From: an uncultured Gemmataceae bacterium
Lineage (GTDB): Bacteria; Planctomycetota; Planctomycetia; Gemmatales; Gemmataceae
Assembly: GCA_963750165.1 (NCBI GenBank)
Contig: CAVVPN010000011.1
Span: 1,408,001 to 1,472,000, forward strand
Direction of reading: 5' to 3'
Length of the DNA stretch: 64,000 bases
Numbering within the stretch: the stretch's first letter is position 1; every line of letters begins with the position of its first letter. The notes under the pieces were generated by a model. The model had not been told where the DNA came from. It made no database searches and was given only the letters and a program-made list of their open reading frames with translations. The position numbers and the translations under genes were made by a program. This document shows, piece after piece, positions 20,927 to 31,324 of this stretch.

Positions 20927-22325
20927 GCCACCCCTCCCCGCGCGGCGTTCCAGGCCGCCTTCACCAACCGTGCAGCCAACCCCGGCCGGGCCCCAAAGTT
21001 GAGATGGACATAAGAGGCCCACAGACTGCCGAGACTGGCCCCCTCCGCTCGCGGTGCTTCCGTCCCGCGCGCGGCGTCAGGAGGTAAGCCGGGGGCAGGT
21101 CACCGGGCCGCCCTTCCCAGGCCGAGTAGTGGAACTCGTGCCCGCGCAACGTCTCCCCTTCCGGGAGCAACCAGGAGCCGGCCGCTACCCGGGCCAGCCG
21201 GTAGCCGAGGGTCAACCGATTCGTCATGACCGAGTGTCCCGGCAACAGACCGACCATCGCGTGGGGGCGACCGTCGCCGTCCACGATGGCTTCCGTCAGG
21301 TACATCAGGCCGCCACACTCGGCGTAGATCGGCAGGCCCCGGCGGTGCGCTACGCGGAGGGCGATGTGCAGTTCCCGGTTGCCGGCCAGTGCCGCGGCAT
21401 ACATTTCCGGGAAGCCGCCGCTCAGCAGGATGCCGGCGGTGTCGCGGGGCAAGGCACGGTCCCGGATCGGGCTGAAGTAGGCAATCTCTGCCCCCGCTTC
21501 CCGGAGCAAGTCCAGGTTGTCCTCGTAGGTGAAGTGAAACGCCTCATCCCGCGCCACTGCGATCACTGGTCGATCCGAGACGGGCAACAGTTCAGCGGCC
21601 GGGAAGGTTTCGTCGTCGGGCAGGAGCGCCAACGGAGGGGCTTGGCGGGCGATGTTCAGGAGTTGGTCCACGTCCACGTAGCGACTCACGAAATCGGCGG
21701 CGGCTTGAATGAACGCTTGCCAACGGCCCGGCTCGGCTGTCGGGACCAGGCCGAGGTGACGCTCAGGGACGCGCAGCGCTTCCTCCCGAGGGAGCCAGCC
21801 GAAAACCGATAGTCCCGTGGCCTGGGTGACGGCCGTGGCAACCCCGTCTCCGTGCCCAGGCCCGGCGACGCGGTTGATGATGAAGCCCGCCAGTGGCAGG
21901 CCCGGGTCGAAGCTCTGGAAACCGAGGGCGACGGCGCCAGCACTGCGGGCCATCTTCCCGGCGTCGAGCACCAACACCACTGGCGCCCGCAGGAGTTTGG
22001 CCACCTCCGCGGTGCTGCCCATCGCGTCCTCGTAGCCGGCGCCGTCATACAACCCCATGACACCTTCGATCACGGTCACGTCCGCAGTGGCGGCGGCCCG
22101 GGCGAACCGGGAGCGCACACACTCGGCGGGCAGCATCCAGGTGTCCAGATTGCGGCAGGGCCGTCCCGAGGCCAGGGTGTGGTAACTCGGGTCGATGTAG
22201 TCGGGGCCGACCTTCCCGGGCTGAACACTCAGGCCGCGGCGGCGCAGGGAGGCAATGAGGCCCACCGTCAGGGTGGTTTTGCCAACCCCGCTCTGCGTTC
22301 CCGCGATGACCAACCGTGCGCCCAT
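20923..22325 (-). CDS. cbiA: Cobyrinate a,c-diamide synthase CbiA/CobB (frameshift near 21060)
   Basis: SGVGKTT, KVGPDYIDP, EGVMGLYDG, ERHLGL, YAECGGLMYL, GHEFHYS. The conserved ASYVHL end lies in another frame and stops overlapping the cobS start (ATGA). Confidence 0.93.
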
Positions 22326-22332
22326 GCTGTAC

Positions 22333-24270
22333 CTACACCCGTTGCCGGACTTTCAATACCAACGACTCCGCCGACAGCCCTTCCAGCGGCAGACACTCGG
22401 CCCCGAGTGCGGCCGCCAGTTCCGACCCCCGTCCCAGGCGGACGAAACCCGCCTCCGAGTCCAGGACCAGTGCCGGCAGTCCCGCTGCGGCCAGCCCGCG
22501 GGCCGCGTCAAGCGACTGCCGCCACGGGTCTCCGGTGGTGTCGGGCAGCGGGACGTTGGCCTTGCCGTCGCTGAGCAACACCAGCAGGGTCGGTCCCTCG
22601 GCCCGGGACCACCGGGATTCGCGGAAGACCTCGCCGGCCAGTACCAGGGCATGGGGCAGCGGCGTGCGCCCGCCCGTCGGGAGGACGCGCAACGCTTGCT
22701 CCGCCAGGTCCACACTCTCTGTGGGCGGCAGCAACACCTCCGCCCTCGGCCCTCGGAAGGCGATAACGCTCACCTCGTCACGCTGCTCGTAGGCGCTGTG
22801 CAGCAGGCCGAGGACCGCTCCCTTGACCAGTTCCATGCGCCGCCGCGCCGCCATCGAGCCGGAGGCGTCCACGGCGAAGAGGATGCGTGTTCCCGTCCTG
22901 CCCGACCGTTCCTTGCGGTGCAGGTCGGCACGCTCGATCACCGGTCGGCCGTCCATCACGGCCCCGCGCAGGACCGCAGCCCGGATCGTTGCGTCGATGG
23001 CCAGGTCAGCCGGCTTTGTATCGGGAACGGCCCGGACGTAGGGGCCGCGCTCCCGGTTCGGTATGGGGTTGCGACGGCCCGCGAACTCGGAACCGTCACG
23101 GCCCTGGGGAGGGGCCACTTCGATGCGGCGAACCGGCTGGGGCGCCGTTGGGGTGAACACCTGCTCGGCTTGCCTGTTCCCACCTCCCCGTGGCGGCCCC
23201 TCGGAATGTTCGGTCGATTCCCCTTCGCCGGGCTGCTCGGGTTCGGCCGTCCCGTCCCGAGACATTTCCAACCGAGACAGAGACTCCTGCAACCGCTCCC
23301 GGTCCAGGTGTGGCTGCTCGAAGGGCCGTCGGCGCTGGCGGTGGGGCAGCACCAGCTCCGCTGCAGCACGAACGTCTGCCGTCGTCACGGCGTCGCGCCC
23401 GTCCAGCGCTGCCAGCGCCCGGGCCGTCTTGTGCAGCACAATGTCGGCACGCAGGCCGTCCACCTCGAACTCACAGCAGAGCCGACTGATGGCGGTCAGC
23501 AGAGCGTCCTCCAGAGTGACCCGGGGCAGCAGCACGCGGGCGTCCGTGATGCGCCGCCGCAGGGCCGCCTGTTCGCCCTCCCACCGGGCCGCGAAGACAA
23601 TGGGGTCCGCCTCGAATGCCAGTCGGCGCCGCACCACCTCGGTCCGGACTGCCGGGTCGCGCGGCCCGGTCACGTCCACCATCAGGCCGAAGCGGTCGAG
23701 CAGCTGTGGCCGCAGGTTGCCCTCCTCGGGGTTCATGGTGCCGACCAGCAGGAACCGGGCCGGGTGGACGACCGACACTCCCTCCCGCTGCACGGTGCTG
23801 ACGCCCAGCGCCGCCGCGTCGAGCAGGACATCGACCAGGTGATCGGGCAACAGGTTCACCTCGTCGATGTACAGAATGCCGCGGTGGGCCGCGGCCAACA
23901 ATCCCGGTTGCACGGCCCGCCGCCCCTCCCGCAAGGCGCGCTCGAAGTCAAGGGTTCCCAGCACCCGGTCTTCCGTTGCACCAAGCGGCAGGTCCACGAA
24001 CGGGGCGCTCGACTCGGCGGCCCGGCGCTCAGCGGCGATGACACAGTGGGGACACTCGGGCCAGGGAGTGTCGGGATCACAGTTGAACGGGCAACCCTCG
24101 ACCACCCGCACAGGTGGCAACAACGACCGCAGACCGCGGGCGGCCGTGCTCTTGGCCGTGCCCTTCTCGCCGCGCACCAGCACGCCGCCAATGGCCGGGT
24201 AGACGGCGTTCAGCAGCAGGGCCGTCTTCAACGGCTCCTGACCGACCAGCGCACAGAAAGGGTAGTCCAC
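22333..24270 (-). CDS. ChlI/ChlD-type AAA+/VWA chelatase subunit (putative cobaltochelatase partner of CobN)
   Basis: YPF.A.VGQ, RGEKGTAKST, GATEDRVLG, YIDEVNLL, NPEEG.LRPQLLDRFG; C-terminal VWA DASGSM, GGRTPL, SDG.AN. Confidence 0.92.
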   Translation of the reverse strand: MDYPFCALVGQEPLKTALLLNAVYPAIGGVLVRGEKGTAKSTAARGLRSLLPPVRVVEGCPFNCDPDTPWPECPHCVIAAERRAAESSAPFVDLPLGATEDRVLGTLDFERALREGRRAVQPGLLAAAHRGILYIDEVNLLPDHLVDVLLDAAALGVSTVQREGVSVVHPARFLLVGTMNPEEGNLRPQLLDRFGLMVDVTGPRDPAVRTEVVRRRLAFEADPIVFAARWEGEQAALRRRITDARVLLPRVTLEDALLTAISRLCCEFEVDGLRADIVLHKTARALAALDGRDAVTTADVRAAAELVLPHRQRRRPFEQPHLDRERLQESLSRLEMSRDGTAEPEQPGEGESTEHSEGPPRGGGNRQAEQVFTPTAPQPVRRIEVAPPQGRDGSEFAGRRNPIPNRERGPYVRAVPDTKPADLAIDATIRAAVLRGAVMDGRPVIERADLHRKERSGRTGTRILFAVDASGSMAARRRMELVKGAVLGLLHSAYEQRDEVSVIAFRGPRAEVLLPPTESVDLAEQALRVLPTGGRTPLPHALVLAGEVFRESRWSRAEGPTLLVLLSDGKANVPLPDTTGDPWRQSLDAARGLAAAGLPALVLDSEAGFVRLGRGSELAAALGAECLPLEGLSAESLVLKVRQRV

Positions 24271-24273
24271 GAG

Positions 24274-27200
24274 TCACTGGCCTCCCGCTGGTTGGGCGGC
24301 AACCTCGCCGCGGGCTTCTAGCAACTCCTCGCTCCTCAGGAGTGTCTGCCGCAAGGCGTCCAGCGTCTCGGACTGTGGCGCCGCCCACAGGCCGCGCTGA
24401 GCCGCTTCCAGCAGCCGTTCCGAGACGGCGTGCAGAGCCCAGGGATTGCTGCGCGCGAAAAACGCCTGCATGGCCGGGTCCAGGGCGTAGACTCGGGCCA
24501 CCTGCTCGTACATCCAATCTTCCACAACGTTGGCGGTCGCGTCGTAGCCGAACAGGTAATCGACCGTCGCCGCCAGTTCCAGGCCGCCCTTGTAGCCGTG
24601 CCGCGTAATGGCGTCGAGCCACTTGGGATTGACGACGCGCGTGCGAAACACGCGCAGCGCCTCCTGTCTCAGGTCGCGCACGGCGGGCCGGGCCGGGTCA
24701 TGGGTGTCGCCGAAGTAGTGCCGCGGCTGGCGACCAGTCAACGCCCGGATGGTGGCGATCATGCCGCCGTGGAACTGGAAGTAATCGTCACTGTCGAAAA
24801 TGTCGTGTTCACGGTTGTCCTGGTTGTGCAGGGCGATCTGCACCTCGGCGAGCCGGCGGCGGAAGGCGGGCCGCGCGTCCACACCCTGACCGTCGGCAGT
24901 GTAAGCGTAGCCGCCCCAGTTGACGTATGTCTCGGCAAAATCGGCATCGTCGTGCCAGTTGCGTTCGTCGATCAACGGCAGCAGACCGGCGCCATAACAG
25001 CCGGGTTTGGAGCCGAAGACGCGGTAGCTCGCCTGTCGCTCGGGCTCGGGCAGTCCCGCCGCGACGTTGGCCGCCAGATCCGCGAGATAGTGCTTGCGGA
25101 CGTAGTTCTGCTCGGGCGGTTCGTCGCGCTGGGCGACTGCCTGTACGGCTTCATCCAGCAGCTTGATGAGGTGTGGGAAAGCGTCGCGGAAGAAGCCGCT
25201 GATGCGCACCGTCACGTCGATACGCGGCCGGCCCAGTGTCTCCAGCGGGACCACTTCGACGCCCAGGAGGCGGCGGTTCTCCTTCTGCCACGTCGGCCGC
25301 ACGCCGAGCAGTGCCAGCACCTCGGCCACGTCATCGCCGTGGGTGCGCATGGCACTCGTGCCCCACACACTGATGCCAACACTTTCGGGATACGCGCCCG
25401 TCTCACGGCGGTAGTGCTCCAGCACTTCGCGGGCCAACTCCTGTCCCACTTGCCACGCCGCGGCCGATGGCAGCGCCCGCGGATCGACGGCGTAAAAGTT
25501 GCGTCCCGTCGGCAGCACATGAGCCATGCCGCGCGTCGGCGCTCCACTCGGCCCGGCCGGGACGTACTCGCCCGCCAGGCCGGACAGCAGATTGTCGATC
25601 TCGTCCGTGGTCCGGCTCAGGGCCGGTACCAGCCGCTCACAGACGAACACCAGGACTGTCCGCACGGCCTCGGTCCCGGAGTCGTCACCGAAGGTCTCGG
25701 TGAGGACGGTCGAAATTGTCTCGGCCCGGAACTGCTGGCGCTGAAGCAATTCCAGCAGATGGCGACACAGTTCGTCGATGGTCTCCAGGGCGTCGGCCTG
25801 GGTGGCGAGCGGGCGGCCGGCCAGGCGGACCAGGGCGGGCGGCGCGTCCAGGGGACGGCCCCGTTCCGCCAGCAGCGCATCGAGACTGAGCCCGAATCGA
25901 CCTGCCACCGCGGCACGGAGACTAGGCACATCCAGGTTCGGAATCCACGTCAGCGCCTGCAACAGGCCGACCAGCTGTTCACCTTCGGGCACCTGCCCCA
26001 GAATGTGCAGACCGTCTCGGATCTGAGCCCCGGCCAACTCGCACAGGTAGCCGTCCAGTTCCTGAATCAGATGCGACACCTCGCGGCCGCGCATCTGGGC
26101 CAGTGTCACGGGGGTGCCGTCGGCGGTCACGGCGTCGTCCCACTCGTGCGTATGGCCGTCCTCGCTCCGCTGCATCAGATACTTCAGGTCGTCTTCCAGG
26201 TGGGCCTGCCGAATGAGGTCCCAAATCTGTTGCTGGAGCAGCGGCATCTTGGACGGGTCGAGCAGCTCGACCTGGTAATACTCGTCCACCAGTTGCATCA
26301 ACTCGGCCAGTTCGCCGTGGGCGTCGGCCGTGGTCATTGGCGGCGTCAGGTGGTCGATGATGACGGCGTGACCGCGGCGCTTGGCCTGCGCTCCCTCGCC
26401 CGGGTCGTTCAGGATGAACGGGTAAAACAGCGGCAGATCATCGAGAAAACGATCGGGGTAGCAGTCCGCGGACAGGCCGACGCCCTTGCCGGGCAGCCAT
26501 TCCAGGGTGCCGTGCTTGCCCAGGTGGACGACGGCGTCGGCGCCGCCACACGTCACGCAGCCAGCGGTACAGAGCATAGTAATTGTGCGGCGGCGGCAGG
26601 TCGGGCTGGTGGTAAATCGCACTCGGGTCCATGCCGTGGCCGCGCGGCGGTTGCAGCGCCACGAAGACGTTGCCCAGCTCCAGGCCGGCCAGGGCGATGT
26701 GGCCGTCGTGGACGTAAGCGGTCCCGGGTGGGGCTCCCCACTGTTCGGTCATCTGGCGGCGCTGGCCCTCGGTCAGTTCGTCGAACCAGTGACAGTACTG
26801 TGTCACCGGGACGCGGCCCGCGGCATTCGCCAGCTGTTCGGTGGTCAGCAACGTTTCGTCGTAGGAGCAGCGATCGATGAGGGCGTGGATGAGGGCGTCG
26901 CCATCGGGCGGCAGGTCGTCGATGAGATAGCCGGCGTCGCGCAGGGCGACCAGCACACACAGTAGCGATGCCGGGGCGTCCAGGCCGACGGCGTTGCCGA
27001 CCTTCGCGGCCTTGCCGGGGGCGTTCGTCAGCACGAAGGCGATGCGCCTGTCTCGGTTCGGCGTGCGGCGCAGGGCCGCAAACCGCAAAGCCAGGCCCGC
27101 GACCCGGGCGATACGGTCAGGGACAGGAGTGTAGTGAATTGCTTCGGTACGGTTGACAGGCGAGACGCCTGCACCACGGTCGGGTTCCTTGAATGAGACG

Positions 27201-28669
27201 GGCACCGTGATGACGCGGCCGTCGAACTCCGGCAGCGCCACGTTCATCGCCGTGTCGAGCGGGTTGAGGCCGCGCTGCGACGCCTCCCACTGCCAGCGCG
27301 CCGTGCTGCCACAGATCGCCTGCAACACTGGTACGCCCAGGGTGGAAAAGACACTCACGGACCAGCCTGCCGGTGTCGGCCCATCCGCCCGCACCTCGCC
27401 GAGCGCGAACGAGACAGTGGCGATCAGCACGTCAATCACCAGCCGGCCGTCCGCCATCAACAGCGACAGCGCCGCGGGCCAGCGTCCTGGCGGTAGACCC
27501 TCGGGCGGCGCGGCCTCATCCTTCAGCGAGGCGGTGAACACCGGCAAGGCGTTCGCCCCGCGCGTCTCCAGTTCGCGCACACAGGCGTCGATGAAGTCGA
27601 GGTTGCCGCTCATCCAGTGTGAGCGGTAAAAGAGCAGGCCAACACTCGGCCGGGACGGGTCGCGGCGGGCCAGCCAGTCCGCCACCGTCGTGCCGCGCGG
27701 CAGGTCCGGGTGATAAACGCCGTGCTGCGGTTGCTCGGCGGGAACCCCGTAGCCGAAGCCGGTCAGCAACAGATGGTCGGCGAGGAAGCGCAGCAGCTGG
27801 GCGAGGTTGTCCGGGCCGCCGGCTTGCAGGTAAGCGGTGGCCTCGTGGATCACGGCGGGCGAGACGGTGGACGCGGCGGTCAACTCGGGGTCGGGCTGAC
27901 CGGTGCCGCTGACGACGAGCAAGTGTTGGCCACGAGCGCGGGCGGCGTCGGCCAGAGCACGGAAGCCCGGCACACTCTGGACGCCGCCCAGTAGCCGCAC
28001 CACCACCACACGCGGCGCCGCCTCCGGCCAGGTCAGGGCGGCGGCCAGGTGATCCTCGGTCGCGACCTTGCCCAGGCTCAGCGCCCGCACCGGCGGGAAG
28101 CCTTCCGGCAACCCCGACAGCGCCGGCCTCAGTGCCAACAGGTCGGTGTCAGCGTGCGTCAGGAACAGGATGCCATCCGCCGCACGAGGCCCCGTGGTCC
28201 GAGCCCGAGCGCCAGCGAGGGGCCCCTCGCTGGCGCTCGGGCTCGGACCACTAGCCCCTGTGCCGTGCGTCCAGGCGTAGTAGGTGAAGACGTACTCCGC
28301 CAGCTCCGGAGGCGGTGGCAGGTAACCGTCGGCCGCCAGCATCTGGTCGATGTAATCGAAGACAGCGCGAATCTGAGCCTCACCGTTGATCGACTGGAAC
28401 CACACGGGCCGGCCGTCAAAGAACAGCAGCGCCACGTTGGCCAGCGGACACGGCCCCAGACAGCCGCTCATCGTCAGCTGCACCAGCTTGCGGATTTTCC
28501 GACGCCGGTACTCCTGTTTGTAGAAATCCACCGGCACCGCCGCGAAGCCGCGCTCCGTGTGACCGCAGCAGCAGCCCTTGGCGCAGACCATCAGGTGGGC
28601 ACGCCTGGCCACCAGGTGGATCGGCTTGCCGTCCAGGCGCAGAATACGGTTGCGCTGCTTGCGTGCCAT
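24274..28669 (-). CDS. cobN: Cobaltochelatase CobN with N-terminal Cys-rich thioredoxin-like ferredoxin domain (frameshift near 26545)
   Basis: [83 protein letters not shown]. Confidence 0.94.
28194..28251. repeat. Perfect 58-bp palindrome inside the cobN reading frame
   Basis: gtggtccgagcccgagcgccagcgagggg|cccctcgctggcgctcgggctcggaccac. Confidence 0.95.
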
Positions 28670-28673
28670 GGGC

Positions 28674-28829
28674 TCACTTCGGGTTCGGTGCGGGCGACTC
28701 CGCCGACGCCGGCCGCGGCCGCGCCAGCCAGCGGCCGAGCAGTTCCCAGCCGACATAGACGCCCGCGGCGAACAGACACAGCAGCACCGGTACGTGGTGC
28801 CCCTCGATGTGGTGGGCCAGCAGATTCAT
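28674..28829 (-). CDS. 51-aa His-rich single-TM peptide (not in ORF track)
   Basis: RBS AGGAGG and ATG: MNLLAHHIEGHHVPVLLCLFAAGVYVGWELLGRWLARPRPASAESPAPNPK*. Stop lies 4 nt before the cobN ATG. Confidence 0.7.
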   Translation of the reverse strand: MNLLAHHIEGHHVPVLLCLFAAGVYVGWELLGRWLARPRPASAESPAPNPK

Positions 28830-28951
28830 GCCAGCCTCCTTTCACGCAGGGCGGCCAGGCAGCGCGCCACGGCGCCGCAGACGACGCCGATCAGTAGCGT
28901 CAGCCCACACAGGAGGATTTCGTCCTCCACCAACATGTCATGCAAATCCAT
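28826..28951 (-). CDS. 41-aa single-TM peptide, first gene after the riboswitch (not in ORF track)
   Basis: RBS GGAGG and ATG: MDLHDMLVEDEILLCGLTLLIGVVCGAVARCLAALRERRLA*. ATGA overlap with the next ORF. Confidence 0.65.
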   Translation of the reverse strand: MDLHDMLVEDEILLCGLTLLIGVVCGAVARCLAALRERRLA

Positions 28952-29138
28952 GTGCCACGTCCTCCGGGCCGGCGCGCGAGCGCGGCGGCAGTGAGAAAAC
29001 TCGGGAACGTCTCGGCGGAAAGGGAGTGTCAGCGGGAAGGGTGGTCCTGAAAGCGATGGCGCAGCCCCAGGAGGGGTGGCCGAAGAACCCGTTCGTACAC
29101 TATGCTCCCGTAGCCCGATCCGCGAGATTACGGCGGAG

Positions 29139-29264
<126 letters not shown>

Positions 29265-29347
29265 TGTCCGTGTCGCTATGAGTGTATCGGACTTCGGCGG
29301 GATGGCAACCGCCCACGCGAAGCACCAGGCCGCGGATGATGGTAACT

Positions 29348-29419
29348 TTCCTGCGAGCGGGGTCGCGTCAGCGCCCCGTGCTCTTCCACGGGGCGCTGAC
29401 GCGACCCCGCTCGCAGGAA
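29348..29419. repeat. REP-like palindrome, related to those at 32135 and 63085
   Basis: ttcctgcgagcggggtcgcgtcagcgccccgtg-ctcttc-cacggggcgctgacgcgaccccgctcgcaggaa. Confidence 0.9.
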
Positions 29420-29464
29420 CATGAGCAACCACCCCGACCGCGTGCTTGACCGATGTGGTTCAGC

Positions 29465-30648
29465 TCAATCCCCGAAGTTGGTGCCGACGTGCCGCGCCGC
29501 CTGGATGAGTGGATGGTCGGCCGGCACCAGCTTGAGCTTGCCGGCGACCTGCTCCAGCGGCACGGACGTCACCTCCGACCCCTTCATGCACACCATGCGG
29601 TTGTACTCGCCGCGCGCCAGCATCTCCGCCGCGTGGGTGCCGAAGCGCGTCGCCAGGATGCGGTCAAACGGCGTCGGAATGCCGCCGCGCTGCAGGTGGC
29701 CGAGCACTGTCACGCGCGTCTCGATGCCCAGCCGCTTGCTGACCGCCTTGGCCACCGCCAGGCTGGCGCGGCCCTCGGACTCGGCACTGACATCCGCGGC
29801 CGGCGGCGTACCGTTCTGGCCGTCCGTTTCGCCCTTGTTCTTCTTGCCCTTCTTCTTTTTCTTGTCCCCGCGGTCCGCCGCCGCGGCCAGCGCCGCCGCC
29901 ACCGCCTCCGGCGCCTGCGCTGGCCGTTTCGGCAGCGCCCCTCCGCCACCGCCACAATGCTGAACCATTTGCCGCGCCGCCGCCGCTCCGTCAGGTGCTG
30001 GCAGATGCTGTCCAGGTCGTAGGGGATCTCCGGGATCAGGATGATGTCGGCGCCGCCGGCCAGGCCCGCGGACAGCGTCAGCCAGCCGGCCTTGTGGCCC
30101 ATCAACTCAATCACCATCACGCGCAGGTGCGCCTCCGCCGTGGAGTACAGGCGGTCGATGGCCTCTGCCGCCGTCGTCATCGCCGAGTCGTGGCCGAAGG
30201 TCGTGTCGGTCTCGGCCAGGTCGTTGTCGATGGTCTTGGGCAGGCCGAGCACATTCAGGCCGTGCTTCATCAGCGAATACGCGACCTTGTGTGTGCCGTT
30301 GCCGCCCAGGCACACCAGGCAGTCCAGGCCGAGGCGGTTATAGGTCTCGACGGCGCGCGGCGTCAGATCGACAGTTTCGCCGTTGGGCAGCGGCATCTTG
30401 TGCGGCTTCTCGCGGCTGGTGCCGAGGATGGTGCCGCCCAGCGACAGGATGCCGGAGACATCGTGCAGGTGCAGCACGCGCGAGTGGTTCTCGACCAGGC
30501 CGCGGAAGCCCTTCTCGATGCCGATGACCTCGATGTGGAAGTCGCTGATGGCCGACTTGGCCACGCCGCGGATGGCCGCGTTCAGGCCCGGACAGTCGCC
30601 GCCACTGGTCAGGATGCCGATGCAACGGGCGCCCTTGGTGTCTGGCAT
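29465..30648 (-). CDS. pfkA: 6-phosphofructokinase (PfkA family; frameshift near 29935; Lys-rich insert)
   Basis: [52 protein letters not shown]; then [20 protein letters not shown] in another frame. Confidence 0.93.
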
Positions 30649-30658
30649 GGCTGGTTAC

Positions 30659-31324
30659 TCACTGCTTCTCGATCTTCTTCTGGTACGCTTCCCACTCCGC
30701 GCGATCAACGCGGCCATCGCGGTTGGTGTCGATCTGGTCGAACACCTTCTCCCATTTGGTGCCCTTGAGTTCGGCACGGCTCAGGCGGCCGTCGGCGTTC
30801 TTGTCCAGGGCGTCGAAGTCGGCGGTCATCGGCGCCCCCTGGGCGCCCGCCGCCAGGAAGCGCGCCACCACCAACCGCAGTTCGCCGCGGTCCAGGAAGC
30901 CGTCCTGGTTCAGGTCCAGCGCCGCGAAGTTGTCGGCGATCTTGCCGCGCGCCTCCGCCTTGCTGACCTTGCCGTCCTTGTCCCTGTCGAACTGGGCCAG
31001 CAGCTTTTCGACGAACTTCTCCACCTGCGGCGGCGGCGTCAGCATCACGCGCAGCGTCTGCAACAGCTGGGCGACTTCCTGGCGGCTGAGTTTGCCGTCG
31101 CCGTTTTGGTCCGCCCGGGCGAAGATTTTGGCGAAGCCCTCGGGCAGCTCATTCTTGGTGAGGAAACCGTCCTTGTTCTTGTCGAACTGCTTGAGGAAGG
31201 CGTCGGCGTCGAGTTTGAGCAACTCGGCCAGTTGGGGCGGCAGTTTTTTCTGGCCCGGCTGCGCGGGCAGGGAGCCGGTGGCGCAGAGCATCAGGGCGAT
31301 GGCGAGCAGGCAGACGCGGTTCAT
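30659..31324 (-). CDS. Secreted multi-EF-hand protein
   Basis: Signal peptide and six DxNxDGxLxxxE-type loops (DKNKDGFLTKNE, DQNGDGKLSRQE, DRDKDGKVSKAE, DLNQDGFLDRGE, DKNADGRLSRAE, DTNRDGRVDRAE). Confidence 0.92.
   Translation of the reverse strand: MNRVCLLAIALMLCATGSLPAQPGQKKLPPQLAELLKLDADAFLKQFDKNKDGFLTKNELPEGFAKIFARADQNGDGKLSRQEVAQLLQTLRVMLTPPPQVEKFVEKLLAQFDRDKDGKVSKAEARGKIADNFAALDLNQDGFLDRGELRLVVARFLAAGAQGAPMTADFDALDKNADGRLSRAELKGTKWEKVFDQIDTNRDGRVDRAEWEAYQKKIEKQ

Noticed and set aside
22333..24270. Mg-chelatase subunit as evidence of (bacterio)chlorophyll synthesis
   Set aside because: It lies between cobN and cbiA with no photosynthesis genes; ChlI/D-like proteins are known CobN partners.
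8884..26880. Long plus-strand ORFs over the cob operon (8884-10818, 22255-24321, 24430-26880) and similar antisense ORFs elsewhere (36761-38803, 42687-44366, 52012-53820, 56563-58140, 60245-61837)
   Set aside because: Shadow ORFs expected in high-GC DNA opposite well-supported genes; they show no motifs.
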